Source: an uncultured Candidatus Saccharibacteria bacterium
GTDB taxonomy: Bacteria; Patescibacteriota; Saccharimonadia; Saccharimonadales; 2-12-FULL-41-12
Direction of reading: 5' to 3'
Length of the DNA: 64,000 nucleotides
NCBI GenBank assembly: GCA_947085855.1
Contig: CAMTYB010000001.1
Coordinates: 564,427 to 628,426 of the forward strand
Below are positions 9,078-18,839 of the stretch, piece after piece. Position 1 is the stretch's first letter; each line of letters begins with the position of its first letter. Both the position numbers and the translations under genes were made by a program. Below the pieces are notes generated by a model. The model was not told where the DNA came from, did not search any database, and saw nothing but the letters and a program-made list of their open reading frames with translations.

Positions 9078-10538
9078 ATGGTTTGGCGCCAAAGCAGACT
9101 CCACATTTCATGGCTTATCGGCTGGTTATGCCTTGGCTTTGTGGTTGGAGTCTTTGTTTCCAAATTTGCACCCAGCTGGCTGTTTGGGCTAACAAATTCC
9201 TTTTGGATGGTCGCTATAAGCTTAGTTGTAGCACTGAGTTTATTACGCTACAAGTGGTGTTTGGTGCTGATATTTATTTGTGGTGGCGTACTCGGTGTTT
9301 ATAAGGCCGGCTTTTTAATTCATGATCTCCAGGCGTACCAGCCGTATTACGGGAATACTCTGACAATAAGTGGCACGGTAGCGCAGGATACTTCTTATAG
9401 CGAAAAGGGCGAGCAGCGCATCAGCTTGAATAGGATATCAATTGACGGCCAGGCTTTAGCGGGAGAAGTGTGGGCAAGTGCCGGTAAGGCAGATATCAAA
9501 CGTGGTGATCAAATTAAAATCCGTGGCCAGTTGGATGTTGGCTTTGGCACTATGGCGGCAACCATGTATCGAGCTGAGATTGTAGAAATTGTCAGACCTA
9601 ATCCTGGTGATGTGGCTCGGCGGGTGCGAGATTGGTTTGGAGCCGGAGTGAGAGTCGCTATTCCAGAGCCAGGTGCTAGCTTGGGGCTTGGCTATCTAGT
9701 TGGTCAGCGTAGTGCTTTGTCGCCGGAGCTCGAAGAAGCTATTAAGACAGTCGGGTTATCTCACGTTGTAGTTGCCAGTGGCTACAATCTAACGATTTTA
9801 GTTACCTTTGCTCGTCGTCTGTTTGTGAACTATTCAAAATACCTAGCTACTTTATTTAGCATCATCATGATACTTGGATTTATGCTGGTCACTGGCTTTA
9901 GCCCATCGATGTCGCGTGCAGGACTAGTGGCTATACTGAGTCTGCTTGTCTGGTACTACGGGAGGGGCATGCATCCATTTGTCATGCTGTCATTTGCCGC
10001 AGCTGTGACGGTCTTTATTAAGCCCTCATACGCGTGGGGTGACCTTGGGTGGAGTCTGTCATTTACGTCATTTGTAGGCGTTATTGTATTGGCACCACTA
10101 TTACATCATTACTTCTGGGGCCTAGAAAATAAACCATCTTTGGTACGAGGACTGTTGGTCGAAACATCTTCGGCCCAGATATTCACCACGCCACTTATAC
10201 TCGGTACATTCGGGCTGCTGTCTGTTTACTCGTTGCCCGCAAATATGCTGGTGCTACCGTTTGTGCCCTTTGCAATGCTGTGTACCTTTATTGCTGGAGT
10301 GGCTGGCTTGGCCGTGCCCATATATGCCGACTTAGTTGGTTTACCGGCACACGTACTGCTGACTTACTCAATAAAAGTTATTACTACCTTCGCCGATTTG
10401 CCATTTGCTCGCAGCGAGCTAATGCTTAACCTTCCGTTAATGATCGTTAGCTATATTGGACTTGCTTGCCTAGTAGTGTTTTTAAAAAGGAGGACCAAAC
10501 ATGACTTTCGCAATACCAAACATGATCCGTTTGATTAA
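9078..10538 (+). CDS. comEC: ComEC/Rec2 competence channel (no C-terminal metallo-beta-lactamase domain)
   Basis: GLSHVVVASGYNL, SPSMSRA and GWSLSF motifs; OB-like region and many TM helices. Confidence 0.9.
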   Translation: MVWRQSRLHISWLIGWLCLGFVVGVFVSKFAPSWLFGLTNSFWMVAISLVVALSLLRYKWCLVLIFICGGVLGVYKAGFLIHDLQAYQPYYGNTLTISGTVAQDTSYSEKGEQRISLNRISIDGQALAGEVWASAGKADIKRGDQIKIRGQLDVGFGTMAATMYRAEIVEIVRPNPGDVARRVRDWFGAGVRVAIPEPGASLGLGYLVGQRSALSPELEEAIKTVGLSHVVVASGYNLTILVTFARRLFVNYSKYLATLFSIIMILGFMLVTGFSPSMSRAGLVAILSLLVWYYGRGMHPFVMLSFAAAVTVFIKPSYAWGDLGWSLSFTSFVGVIVLAPLLHHYFWGLENKPSLVRGLLVETSSAQIFTTPLILGTFGLLSVYSLPANMLVLPFVPFAMLCTFIAGVAGLAVPIYADLVGLPAHVLLTYSIKVITTFADLPFARSELMLNLPLMIVSYIGLACLVVFLKRRTKHDFRNTKHDPFD

Positions 10539-12027
10539 AGTAACACTGTACGCACTTTGTTTGCTGTATGTCTGTACCCAAGTTCATGCAGTGTCGGCAT
10601 TGGCAGCAAGCGAAGCAGCTGCTCCAAGTCTGGTAATAGCAGAGGTGGTACCGGGCACACAGCAATCGGCTTCTCAGGAATTTGTAGTTGTTGCAAATAA
10701 CAGCGATGCTGCCATTAACGTCACAAATATTTGTTTGATCTATTCAAGTGCGAGCGATGCTACATCCACTACGCTGGCTTGCATTACTCCTCCAAATCCC
10801 CAAACGCAACTGCACTTGCAGGCGCGAATGCGACTGGTGTTTGCGAGTAATGAGTTCGTGCAGTACTATCCGTCAGCTCAGCCATACGCCACCTTCAATG
10901 CCGGCTTATCTGCGAGCGGCGGTCACATAAAGTTACAGTCAGCAGACAAAACTAATCTGGATGTTGTGGGCTGGGGAAGTGCGACGCAGGCAGAGAATCA
11001 AGCGGTTGCTGCACCGCAAATAGGCAAAATGCTTCAACGCAAAACTTTAGAACAAGTGTTTATTGATACGCAAAATAATCTGAATGACTTCCAAAGTGTT
11101 GCCATGACTGTGCCAGCTTCTTCAAGCGATGTTCTATATGAAGAAATAGTAGAAGTGACACCGATTGATTTACCCAAACTACTTATTACAGAGTTGCTTC
11201 CAGATGTCGCTGGCGCTGATAGCGGTAAAGAGTTTATAGAACTATACAACGCCTCAGACGAAGCAATTAATTTGTATGGTCTTCGCTTGCAGTTAGGACC
11301 TGGCTTTACAAAATCATACCCTTTGTCGAATGTATCACTAGCTGCCCGTAGTTACTTTGTATTGAGCGATACGGATGTAGGTTTGTCTTTGCCGAACACA
11401 AGTAGCTCGCTACGTATTGTCGACATAGAGGACAGAATCATTACAGAAACGGAAGTCTATGTAGATTTAGGCGAAGACGTGGCCTGGGCATTGTCGAATG
11501 GTGCGTGGTACGCAACGTACCATCAAACACCTGGTGTAGATAATATTATTTTGGCGATCAAACCATGCGAGCCTGGGCAAGAACGAAGTGTCGACACTGA
11601 CCGATGCATAAATGCGATTAGCTCAGCAGTCTCTCCATCTGTTGCTTGCAAACCGGATCAAGAACGGAATCCTGACACAGGCAGGTGTCGAAAAATTGCT
11701 ACTGTTGCCGCTGCAACCACATGCAAGGCTGGCCAGGTTAAAAATCCGGAAACAGGTAGGTGCAAAAATGCTGCAGCTTCAACTCAAGCCAAGCCCTGCC
11801 CAGCTGGCCAAGAGCGTAACCCCGACACAGGTCGTTGCCGAAAGGCGGCTTCAAAAGTTAATAACAGCCAAAACGTAAAGGACGTTGCCTCACAATTATT
11901 AAAAAATAACATGTCGTGGTGGATGGCAGGGATGGGCGCTGCCGGGTCGGTTGGGTATGCGGCGTACGAATGGCGCAGGGACATTTTAGGTAGACTCGGA
12001 AGATTGCGGTCAAAATTTTTCAGCTAA
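10501..12027 (+). CDS. Lamin-tail-domain surface protein with Cys repeats and a C-terminal anchor
   Basis: Two LTD-type motifs (LVIAEV..EFVVV.N; LLITELLPD..EFIELYN), four C-x-x-G/D-Q-x-x-N-P-x-T-G-R-C-like repeats, C-terminal TM. Confidence 0.8.
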   Translation: MTFAIPNMIRLIKVTLYALCLLYVCTQVHAVSALAASEAAAPSLVIAEVVPGTQQSASQEFVVVANNSDAAINVTNICLIYSSASDATSTTLACITPPNPQTQLHLQARMRLVFASNEFVQYYPSAQPYATFNAGLSASGGHIKLQSADKTNLDVVGWGSATQAENQAVAAPQIGKMLQRKTLEQVFIDTQNNLNDFQSVAMTVPASSSDVLYEEIVEVTPIDLPKLLITELLPDVAGADSGKEFIELYNASDEAINLYGLRLQLGPGFTKSYPLSNVSLAARSYFVLSDTDVGLSLPNTSSSLRIVDIEDRIITETEVYVDLGEDVAWALSNGAWYATYHQTPGVDNIILAIKPCEPGQERSVDTDRCINAISSAVSPSVACKPDQERNPDTGRCRKIATVAAATTCKAGQVKNPETGRCKNAAASTQAKPCPAGQERNPDTGRCRKAASKVNNSQNVKDVASQLLKNNMSWWMAGMGAAGSVGYAAYEWRRDILGRLGRLRSKFFS

Positions 12028-12120
12028 ATGTCATCCAAAATTTACATACTAAACTGTACTTAAGATTGAGCTATCTTGGTACACTAGGAACAACTAATTA
12101 GCCGAAGAAGGGAATACCAC

Positions 12121-12621
12121 ATGGATGATTCATCACAAGATAAGGGTAAAAATCCAGTTATCGCGGGCATTATAGTCGTAGCCATACTTGGTCTGCTGGT
12201 AGGTGGAGTGATCTTTTTCAACAAAAAAGACGAAGAGCCAACAGCCTCAACTACAAGTCAGTCGTCCAGCACGAGCCAGCCTTCATCTGACACTGCAACC
12301 GTAGAATCTGCCACCGGAACCTACAAGGACGGCACATACAGCGCTACAGGTAGTTATAACTCGCCTGGTGGCAATGAACGGATCGCTGTTGAATTGACGG
12401 TTCAGGGCGGCAAAATTACGAGTGCATCTGCCACCTCTCGTGCTGTTTCGCCCACTGGTAGCCAGTATCAAAAGCAATTTATTGGTGGTTTTAAGTCTGA
12501 AGTCGTTGGCAAGAGTGTCGACGATGTCGAGCTGACGACTGTATCCGGTTCTTCACTGACCCCACAAGGCTTTAACGATGCCCTCGGCCAAATCAAGCAG
12601 CAAGCCAAAACCACCAGCTAA
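12121..12621 (+). CDS. Membrane-anchored FMN-binding (flavinylated) protein
   Basis: TM helix, Ser/Thr linker, YKDGTY start of FMN_bind, VSGSSLT flavinylation motif. Confidence 0.85.
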   Translation: MDDSSQDKGKNPVIAGIIVVAILGLLVGGVIFFNKKDEEPTASTTSQSSSTSQPSSDTATVESATGTYKDGTYSATGSYNSPGGNERIAVELTVQGGKITSASATSRAVSPTGSQYQKQFIGGFKSEVVGKSVDDVELTTVSGSSLTPQGFNDALGQIKQQAKTTS

Positions 12622-13489
12622 GCACATCAGCTTTGAAGCTATTGGCACGAGCTGGACAATCCAGCTCTGGTCTAGCCAGATTGACGAAAAAAAACTGTTA
12701 CAACAGATACAGTATCGTGTGGAGTTGTTCGACAAGGCCTATTCACGCTTCAGGGACGATTCGCTCGTCACAAAAATCAGCAAACGTGGCGGCACGTATG
12801 AATTGCCAGACGACGCTGACAAGCTCATTAAATTGTATCGAACTATGTACGATCTAACAGACGGCCGGGTTACTCCGCTGATTGGGCAAACGCTTGCGCA
12901 AGCTGGCTATGACGCCGAATACAGCCTGCGACCTGGTAAGATTACCAAGCTGCCAACGTGGGATGAGGCAATGGTATATAAAAGTGATACACGGGAGCTT
13001 GAGACTAAATTACCAATTCTGCTCGATTTTGGTGCTGCTGGCAAAGGTTATTTGGTAGATATCATCACTGAGCTTCTGAAAGAAGAGGGCGTCAGCAGGT
13101 TCCTAGTTAATGGCGGGGGAGATATTCGGTATGTCGACAACAAAGCGGAACCAATCAAGGTAGGGCTAGAAAATCCAGACAATACAGAACAGGTGATTGG
13201 TATAGTTGAGCTGGCCAACCAAAGCCTGTGCGGTTCAGCCGGTAATCGGCGGCGGTGGGCGAATTTTCATCACGTTATTGATCCGCATATGCTCACTTCG
13301 CCCGAAGCTATCAAGGCAGTCTGGGTAGTAGCCGACAAGGCTATGGTGGCAGATGGTCTGACGACATGCTTGTACTTTGTTGAACCAGAAGAATTGCAGC
13401 AACAGTTTTTGTTTGAATATCTAATAATTACTGCTGACAATTCAATCCAGCATTCACAGCATTTTCCAGCAGAAGTATTTACAAGCTAA
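12578..13489 (+). CDS. apbE: FAD:protein FMN transferase
   Basis: FEAIGT, SRFRDDS, LDFGAAGKGY, NGGGDI, HHVIDP and ADGLTT motifs. Confidence 0.92.
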   Translation: MPSAKSSSKPKPPAKHISFEAIGTSWTIQLWSSQIDEKKLLQQIQYRVELFDKAYSRFRDDSLVTKISKRGGTYELPDDADKLIKLYRTMYDLTDGRVTPLIGQTLAQAGYDAEYSLRPGKITKLPTWDEAMVYKSDTRELETKLPILLDFGAAGKGYLVDIITELLKEEGVSRFLVNGGGDIRYVDNKAEPIKVGLENPDNTEQVIGIVELANQSLCGSAGNRRRWANFHHVIDPHMLTSPEAIKAVWVVADKAMVADGLTTCLYFVEPEELQQQFLFEYLIITADNSIQHSQHFPAEVFTS

Positions 13490-13505
13490 ATGGTACTATC
13501 TAAGT

Positions 13506-14993
13506 ATGTTTAAAACACTTGATTACTACTTGCATAGAGTCACGATGCATAATTTACTACTCTTCAATCTTTCGGCTTTGGTAGTTCTGAGTCTTGTGTT
13601 TAGCCTGACTGGTTCGCTGCAATTTGAAACTACATCCTTGCTAGCAAGTGCGGTTATCTTAATGTCGGTATGTGTGGGCTTCAGTTTTCTATTTGCCAAG
13701 CTTTATGGCGCCACACTGACTGTTGGTTCGAGTGGCATTACTGGCTTGATTTTGTTCTGTATTTTTACACCACCCAAAGATGTAGGGGAGGCCATTACCT
13801 TGGCGCTCGTTGGTGCGCTGGCAATTGCTTCGCGCTATGTTTTGGCCATCAATCGACGACATATTTTTAATCCGGCTGCCATCGGCGCGGTTATTATTGG
13901 GCTGCTTGGTATTGTTCATGCCAGTTGGTGGATTGCCAATGACGTAATGGCGCCATTTGTCTTGTTGCTCGGCTTGTTGGTTATACGCAAGCTGCGACGC
14001 TGGGCGCTATTCGGCAGCTTTTTTGTTGTTGCCACTGCGCTAACGCTCGTTATGAACGCCGACACTGCTGCCACCACATCAGCGCTCCTGAAAGATACAT
14101 TCGTTTCGTGGCCAATCTTGTTCCTTGGCTTTTTCATGTTAACTGAGCCACTAACAACCCCACCACGACACAGACAACAGATAATCTATGGCGCTCTAGT
14201 AGGTGCCTTGGTAGGTTCCCCGCACCTGCATGTTGGGTCGGTGTTTTTGACACCTGAATTAGCGTTAGTTATCGGCAACCTGTATGCCTACAGCACGACC
14301 ATGCGGCAGCGGTTGAGCCTGAGGCTGCAGTCGAAAAAGGAAATTGCACCCGGTATCTTTGAGTTTGCTTTTAAGCCCAATGCTCGTCAAGAATTTCTGG
14401 CTGGCCAGTACGCAGAAGTCACCTTGCCAGTGCCTTTACTCAAACTGGACGCGCGCGGTAACCGACGCAGCTTTACGATAGCTTCAGCGCCAGGTAAGCA
14501 GGAGATGAGAATCGTTACCCGTTTTCCAGAGCGGGCCAGTAGTTTTAAACGGCAGCTTACTGGCCTCAAAAAGGGAGAGGCAATCTATATAAACTACATT
14601 GGCGGCGAGTTTGTGTTGCCAAAAGATCCAGATGAAAAGCTGGTTTTTGTAGCAGGTGGCATCGGCGTTACTCCATTTATAAGTATGGTAGAACATTTGG
14701 TTGAATCAAATCAGAAGCGAGACGTTACCTTGTTTTACCAAGTAGCAGATAAGAATCAGCTATTGTATGCGGAGCTCTGGCAAAAAGCAGAGAAGGTTGG
14801 TTTAAATCTGGTTCCGATGGTGGCAGGCAAGCAGTTTGATGCTAAAGTATTGCGCAAACACGTGTCAGATTTTAAAAATTGCCAGATTTATGTCTCTGGC
14901 CCACCGGGATTTGTGACGCATCAAGAGTCTGAACTGCGCACAGCAGGAGTGAAGCGGTCTCGGATTGTGACTGACTACTTTTCTGGCTATTAA
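13506..14993 (+). CDS. RnfD/NqrB-like membrane domain fused to a ferredoxin-NADP-reductase-type FAD/NAD-binding domain
   Basis: HIFNPAA and FFMLTEPLTTP in the membrane part; RSFTIAS, AGGIGVTPF, YVSGPPGF and DYFSGY in the FNR part. Confidence 0.88.
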   Translation: MFKTLDYYLHRVTMHNLLLFNLSALVVLSLVFSLTGSLQFETTSLLASAVILMSVCVGFSFLFAKLYGATLTVGSSGITGLILFCIFTPPKDVGEAITLALVGALAIASRYVLAINRRHIFNPAAIGAVIIGLLGIVHASWWIANDVMAPFVLLLGLLVIRKLRRWALFGSFFVVATALTLVMNADTAATTSALLKDTFVSWPILFLGFFMLTEPLTTPPRHRQQIIYGALVGALVGSPHLHVGSVFLTPELALVIGNLYAYSTTMRQRLSLRLQSKKEIAPGIFEFAFKPNARQEFLAGQYAEVTLPVPLLKLDARGNRRSFTIASAPGKQEMRIVTRFPERASSFKRQLTGLKKGEAIYINYIGGEFVLPKDPDEKLVFVAGGIGVTPFISMVEHLVESNQKRDVTLFYQVADKNQLLYAELWQKAEKVGLNLVPMVAGKQFDAKVLRKHVSDFKNCQIYVSGPPGFVTHQESELRTAGVKRSRIVTDYFSGY

Positions 14994-15139
14994 TCGGTGA
15001 CGTTACGTGAAAAGACCTTTTCGTAGCCGTAATTATGCCAAAAATATGAACTGAGGGCAGCGCCGACGGCTGCAAAAATGAGAATTACCGCTAGTACAGC
15101 GAGCGTGGCTTTCCATTCACCGCGCTTTGTTTTTTTCAT
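14990..15139 (-). CDS. Small single-pass membrane protein (49 aa)
   Basis: MKKTKRGEWKATLAVLAVILIFAAVGAALSSYFWHNYGYEKVFSRNVTD; TATACT 6 nt upstream; below the ORF-track cutoff. Confidence 0.6.
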   Translation of the reverse strand: MKKTKRGEWKATLAVLAVILIFAAVGAALSSYFWHNYGYEKVFSRNVTD

Positions 15140-15157
15140 AGCTCTAGTATAGCGTAT

Positions 15158-16615
15158 CTATGCTGTGGCGACGCTTTGGAGTTTACGAAGAGCGGCTTCC
15201 TTGATTGCTTCAAGAGACTTCTTCTTAACACCAACCTCAAGTGCCAATCCACGGAGGCTACCCGGGTCTTCTCGACAGCTCATGGTATCAAAGATATCTT
15301 CATAGGTACGGCCCATAAAAACAAAGCCTTTCAGATCATCCATCTGGAAGCCAAAATGAACGCTAACTACCAACATCTCGTCAAATGTTAAATCAGCCAG
15401 AAGAATGTACTCATTGATTTTTTGTCTGTCTACAATAGTGTCCAGCCTTGTTTCGACGAATTCTTTGGAGGGGATAAAGTCAACGAGAGTGTCAGCATCC
15501 ACGTCATCACTTACTGGCTGATCAAGTGAGGCTAGGTGGTAACTGCCGAACTGTTTGAATCTCTCAATGTCTTCGAGATCAGAGCCAGTGTGCGCAGCCA
15601 ACTCCTCATTGGTCGGCTCTCTTTCCCATTCCACCAGCAATTTTGACGCAGCTTTTCTGATTTTATCGTACTGTTCATTGACGTGAACCGGTATTCTCAC
15701 AAGGCGACTTGTATTGTGGATAGTTCGCTGTATTTCTTGTCTGATCCAGATCATACCGTATGTAGAAAAAGTAAACCCACGGTCCTCATCGAATTTTTCA
15801 ATAGCTGTGCGTATACCGAGCATACCTGCCATTAGTAGGTCATCTTTGCCGAGTGTATTTATTGACGTAGCCTTTCCTGAGGCAGTCCTCGCAGCCAATC
15901 GTATATTTGTAGTGTAAATTGCATGATACGCATAAGCGCCTTCGCGACAAACGTCATATAGTATAGACTCCTTGCTGGGATCTTGATTGCGATAGTACAA
16001 CTGATCGTAGGCTACAAGACCACGCTTGAGCTTCTTGAAAAGTATGCGAGCTTCCCACGGTTTTGGTATACGGTACATTTCTGACTGGCCAAGCAAATCG
16101 TCAAAAGCTTCACCTGTTAATTCAGGTAGGTAGCCGTCACGCTTTAGCTTCGAAGGGAACTGCTCATTAATGCGCGCCTGGGCTGAAGCATCATCTTTGA
16201 ATTCATCAGCCAAACCGTTGATCAGCAGTCGATGAGAATTTTCACTATACTTCCACAAACCTGTAGGCTCATCGGCAAAGAGTTCAGGAAGTTCCTCTTG
16301 TGCTCTTTTATAGTTAACAAAAGGCCTATCCAGGCCAACGATCACATGATCGTTCAAAGTGTTTTTTGATTTTACTGTGCTCACAGTACGCTGTTTGGCG
16401 CCTAACTGACTGGCTGGTCGAACTGTTGAAGCTATATGTTCGTTTGATTCATCTGAGTGAATATCGCTCAAGGGTTCAACAACATGCAGGTGAGGATTTA
16501 CTCCTGTTATCGCAGTTTCACCAAGCTCGGCAGACGTAGCCGGAACTGGAACAGGGATTGGGCGCTCAGGCTGGGTGCGGGCTGGATCGAGTTCTTGGGC
16601 TGAAGCTGTATGCAT
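15158..16615 (-). CDS. Divergent RpoD-like sigma-70 factor
   Basis: Regions 2-3: NIRLA, DDLLMAGMLGIRTAIEKFD..RGFTFSTYGMIWIRQEI, RLVRIPVH, REPTNEELA, SLDQPV; region 4 carries an insertion; start uncertain. Confidence 0.85.
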   Translation of the reverse strand: MHTASAQELDPARTQPERPIPVPVPATSAELGETAITGVNPHLHVVEPLSDIHSDESNEHIASTVRPASQLGAKQRTVSTVKSKNTLNDHVIVGLDRPFVNYKRAQEELPELFADEPTGLWKYSENSHRLLINGLADEFKDDASAQARINEQFPSKLKRDGYLPELTGEAFDDLLGQSEMYRIPKPWEARILFKKLKRGLVAYDQLYYRNQDPSKESILYDVCREGAYAYHAIYTTNIRLAARTASGKATSINTLGKDDLLMAGMLGIRTAIEKFDEDRGFTFSTYGMIWIRQEIQRTIHNTSRLVRIPVHVNEQYDKIRKAASKLLVEWEREPTNEELAAHTGSDLEDIERFKQFGSYHLASLDQPVSDDVDADTLVDFIPSKEFVETRLDTIVDRQKINEYILLADLTFDEMLVVSVHFGFQMDDLKGFVFMGRTYEDIFDTMSCREDPGSLRGLALEVGVKKKSLEAIKEAALRKLQSVATA

Positions 16616-16686
16616 AGAATTACCTTTAAAACAGCTTGTCACTACTGGGCGATGAATGCAAGCATAAGCAAACCTTAAAATATGCA

Positions 16687-16710
16687 AACGCCCAGGTTGT
16701 CCTGGGCGTT
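16687..16710 (-). terminator. Hairpin terminator after the HdeD-family gene
   Basis: AACGCCCAGG-N4-CCTGGGCGTT, perfect 10-bp stem. Confidence 0.6.
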
Positions 16711-16756
16711 GTGCGTATTTAAACCTCGTGTGGTTTAAATATAGGGGTTTTTCTAA

Positions 16757-17311
16757 CTATTTTTCTTCTTCGAGCTTTTTGACATCAAGCGCTAAGGCGA
16801 GTGTCAACGGTCCGGTTATCAAGGCGTAGAGGCCAAGTACCCAGACAAAGGCTACACCAGCACTTTCTGGCTGGAACAACAGCACAATACCAGCCAGCGC
16901 AGCGATGAGACCGCCAACTACCATGACTGTTTTATACATTGCGCTGCCTGACTCAAACAAGCCTTGCACAATATCGACTACGCCAATCAAAACAAGCGTA
17001 AAGCCAACCAATAGGATAAAGGTGGCAAACGATACGAGCGGATGTCGTAACAGATAGACACCAACGCCGATCTCGACAATGCCAAGCACCATCATTAGGA
17101 CTCGAGACAAGAATGACGAGTCAGAACCATACAAGTTTGTTAAACTGCTTACCAGCGTAACGAGACCGATTGCCAAAATGAATCCGGCAAACAGATATAC
17201 CAATGTTACGAGTGTGAGACCTGGCCAAAAAACGGCTGCAATACCGAATAAGATGGCAATGACGCCCCTAAACGCCAAACTTCCCCACACGTCATTTGCG
17301 TGCTTTTCCAT
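16757..17311 (-). CDS. HdeD/DUF308 family membrane protein
   Basis: W.SLAFRGVIAILFGI..FWPG, with a repeated TM-pair architecture. Confidence 0.85.
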   Translation of the reverse strand: MEKHANDVWGSLAFRGVIAILFGIAAVFWPGLTLVTLVYLFAGFILAIGLVTLVSSLTNLYGSDSSFLSRVLMMVLGIVEIGVGVYLLRHPLVSFATFILLVGFTLVLIGVVDIVQGLFESGSAMYKTVMVVGGLIAALAGIVLLFQPESAGVAFVWVLGLYALITGPLTLALALDVKKLEEEK

Positions 17312-17525
17312 ACCGTACCCTCCAATTATTTAAGTACTGCTCTTGTTATAGTACGTTTTCCTTAAATGTCAAAGCATTAGCGTTATAGTTCGCTTGAGTT
17401 TGTGCATAAAAAGTGCATAACTCAATATAATTACAGGGGTCATAGAACTTCAGGTAATTCTCAAGCCAGCCTCGTACTATACCTAGGCTGTCGACAGCAC
17501 ATAATAGTAAGCAAAAGGAGCAGCA

Positions 17526-18035
17526 ATGAATATAAAGAAGCCGTTGTTAGTGGCTGGCGTTGTTACAACCATCAGCGCAGCTGGATTAGCCGGGAATAAC
17601 CTGGCTTCAGCGGCCACAACAACATCTAGCACCGACTCACTTGTCGGTAAAATCGCTCAGAAGTTTAATTTGAAAGAGTCAGACGTTCAAGCAGTATTTG
17701 AAGATGATCGTAAAACCAAAGAAGCAGAGCGACAGGCCGTCATCGAGAAGGAACTGAGTGAGGCAGTTACTAAAGGCACCATAACATCCGAGCAAAAGGA
17801 TAAGATATTAGCCAAACGAGCTGAGCTACAAGCTCAGCGAGAGGCAGCGCGAGATTCGATGAAAGATAAAACCGATGCCGAGCGCAAAGCAGCTATGCAA
17901 ACAAAGCGTACCGAATTGGAGCAGTGGGCAAAGGATAATAACATCTCAACTGACTTTATGAAGTACGTCATGGGCCATGGTGGTGGCCGAGGACTCGGTG
18001 GACCTGGTGGTCCAGGAGGGCGAATGAACGAATAG
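17526..18035 (+). CDS. Secreted helical hypothetical protein
   Basis: Signal peptide, charged helical body, GGPG tail; RBS AAGGAG. Confidence 0.75.
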   Translation: MNIKKPLLVAGVVTTISAAGLAGNNLASAATTTSSTDSLVGKIAQKFNLKESDVQAVFEDDRKTKEAERQAVIEKELSEAVTKGTITSEQKDKILAKRAELQAQREAARDSMKDKTDAERKAAMQTKRTELEQWAKDNNISTDFMKYVMGHGGGRGLGGPGGPGGRMNE

Positions 18036-18155
18036 AACAGTTTATCCATAACCGACCAACCCAGTCACTGCATGAGCAATCGTGCAGTGACTTTTAAGTT
18101 TAGAGCAGGGCAGCTATTTCAGTTTTTTCTCAGCCAAGCGACTATACTAGATAAC

Positions 18156-18839
18156 ATGAGAATACTTGTTGTTGAAGATGAACATAAGATAGCCAATGCT
18201 ATAAAACGTGGCCTCGAACAGCAGTCATATGCAGTCGACGTTGTATATACCGGAGATGATGGTAAGGCAATGGCGCTGACCGAGCCGTATGATCTGATGA
18301 TTCTTGACCGCATGCTTCCAGGTGGAATTGACGGGGTCGGCATTGTACAAGCCATGCGTAAAGAGGGTATCCATACGCCAGTCTTGCTTCTAACTGCTAA
18401 AGATAAAGTTATCGACAGAGTCGAAGGTCTCAACGCAGGAGCCGATGATTACTTAGTTAAGCCATTTGCCTTTGTCGAATTGCTAGCTCGTGTGCGGGCA
18501 TTGCTACGGCGACCACAGTCTGCTCAAGGCACCGTTTTGAAATACGCTGATCTACAGCTTGATCCCGAGGCTATGTTGGTTGAACGAGCAGGCACATCAA
18601 TTGCTTTGACTAGCAAAGAATTTGCCCTTTTGGAATATATGCTACGAAACCCGGAGCGTATTATTACCAAAGATGCCATCATCCAACATGTATGGGACTA
18701 CGATGCCGATATCTTGCCAAATACGGTTGAAGTCTATGTCGGTTATTTGAGAAGAAAGGTTGATCGTCCTTTCGCTAAAACCCCACCTTTAATTAATACC
18801 AAACGGGGATTTGGCTATTATTTTGGAACTAAATCATGA
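18156..18839 (+). CDS. OmpR-family response regulator
   Basis: MRILVVEDE, ILDRMLPG, GADDYLVKPF and winged-helix RGFGY. Confidence 0.95.
   Translation: MRILVVEDEHKIANAIKRGLEQQSYAVDVVYTGDDGKAMALTEPYDLMILDRMLPGGIDGVGIVQAMRKEGIHTPVLLLTAKDKVIDRVEGLNAGADDYLVKPFAFVELLARVRALLRRPQSAQGTVLKYADLQLDPEAMLVERAGTSIALTSKEFALLEYMLRNPERIITKDAIIQHVWDYDADILPNTVEVYVGYLRRKVDRPFAKTPPLINTKRGFGYYFGTKS

Noticed and set aside
11560-11850. DNA repeats in the lamin-tail gene as a possible CRISPR array
   Set aside because: They are in-frame Cys-rich protein repeats varying at synonymous sites; no constant repeat-spacer period and no cas genes in the window
18072-18155. N-terminal extension of the response regulator
   Set aside because: The receiver domain begins at MRILVVED (18156) and the extension covers the promoter
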